A DNA stretch of 22,223 nt from Salpingoeca rosetta (Eukaryota > Protista > Choanoflagellata), in assembly GCA_033442325.1 (NCBI GenBank), contig JAWQFM010000015.1:1466687-1488909 (forward strand). Reading direction: 5' to 3'. Each line of letters opens with the position of its first letter. The stretch's first letter is position 1. This document shows, in pieces, positions 21,401-22,223 of this stretch. The notes under the pieces were generated by a model. The model had not been told where the DNA came from, made no database searches, and saw only the letters and a program-made list of their open reading frames with translations. The translations under genes were made by a program, and so were the position numbers.

Positions 21401-22223
21401 TGGCTAACGGCGGTGCAGGTGCAGGAGGAGTATGGGACGGTGGCGTGCAACATCCTGGTTGAGCGTGGCGGGTACGTTGAGACGGATGTGTCGTGGTCTG
21501 GGAGCGACCGGTTTGCGCTGACGATGCACGCGAACGCGACGACGACTGAGACGGAGAGCTACCGCATCCTGGACGTTGAGGTGCCTGCAGCGAGCCTGGA
21601 CGTGAACGGCGAGACGCTGTTTGCCATCAATGACTGGTACAAGTTCCAGGTGGTGCAACCGCAACCGTACGCGTGGAACCCGGTTCCGCGGACCGACTTC
21701 TCGCTGTCGTGGCTGACGGCGGTGCAGGTGCAGGAGGAGTATGGGACGGTGGCGTGCAACATCCTGGTTGAGCGTGGCGGGTACGTTGAGACGGATGTGT
21801 CGTGGTCTGGGAGCGACCGGTTTGCGCTGACGATGCACGCGAACGCGACGACGACTGAGACGGAGAGCTACCGCATCCTGGACGTTGAGGTGCCTGCAGC
21901 GAGCCTGGACGTGAATGGCGAGACGCTGTTTGCCATCAATGACTGGTACAAGTTCCAGGTGGTGCAGGGCCGGTGGGACGTGTACAATGCAACCCCACCA
22001 GCCACCGACTTCTCGCTGTCGTGGCTGACGGCGGTGCAGGTGCAGGAGGAGTATGGGGACGGTGGCATGCAACATCCTGGTTGAGCGTGGCGGGTACGTT
22101 TGAGACGGGATGTGTCGTGGTCTGGGGAGCGACCGGGTTTGCGCTTGACGATGCACGCGAACGCGACGACGACTGAAGACGGAGAGCTCCGCATCCTGGA
22201 CGTTGAGGTGCCTGCAGCGAGCC
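18443..22223 (+). CDS. Large type II membrane protein with a LEA_2-like beta domain and a 103-104-aa tandem repeat array; 3'-partial
   Basis: Lies inside ORF 18257..22084; probable start GCCATGG at 18443. One TM at 18737-18811 (WLTGLMAFSAVLFGVSLGVSLYVLL) follows basic residues (HRARRACK). It is followed by a LEA_2/WHy-like strand pattern (~19013-19370), polyQ/N linkers, RRRRR at 20345-20359 and a beta-rich region, with repeats from ~21225. The stop at 22082-22084 comes from a +1 G relative to the earlier repeat copies and is probably a sequence error. Confidence 0.82.
21225..22223 (+). repeat. Coding tandem repeat, three full units plus the start of a fourth; periods 312, 309 and 318 nt (the last includes net +6 indels)
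   Basis: Anchor CGCATCCTGGACGTTGA begins at 21251, 21563, 21872 and 22190. The units are nearly identical in DNA apart from a 33-36-nt variable segment. Confidence 0.95.

Overview
This is intron-rich eukaryotic genomic DNA: GT-AG introns loaded with (GT)n/(CA)n microsatellites, GC-rich exons, and CAA/ACC/AGC homopeptide tracts. The style suggests a choanoflagellate such as Salpingoeca (inference). I hand-spliced seven protein-coding genes, six of them in three head-to-head pairs. (1) The first exon of a secreted TSP1-motif protein (- strand, runs off the left edge). (2) A 16-exon, ~1295-aa single-pass receptor with a periplasmic-binding-protein-like ectodomain, a Cys-rich/EGF-like linker, a TM helix, an apparently intact TKL kinase and a guanylyl cyclase. 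(3) A CP110-like centriolar protein (-). (4) A 95-aa Gon7-like KEOPS subunit (+). (5) A divergent NodH/Stf0-type sulfotransferase-like protein (-). (6) An intronless secreted receptor-L-domain/LRR solenoid with a cubilin-N-like head (+). (7) An intronless type II membrane protein with a LEA_2-like domain and a near-identical 103-104-aa tandem array carrying an alternating variable loop (+); it runs off the right edge, where the sequence shows error-like indels. No rRNA, tRNA, CRISPR or transposon was recognised. Family calls rest on motifs recognised by eye and reference sequences recalled from memory; no database search was run.
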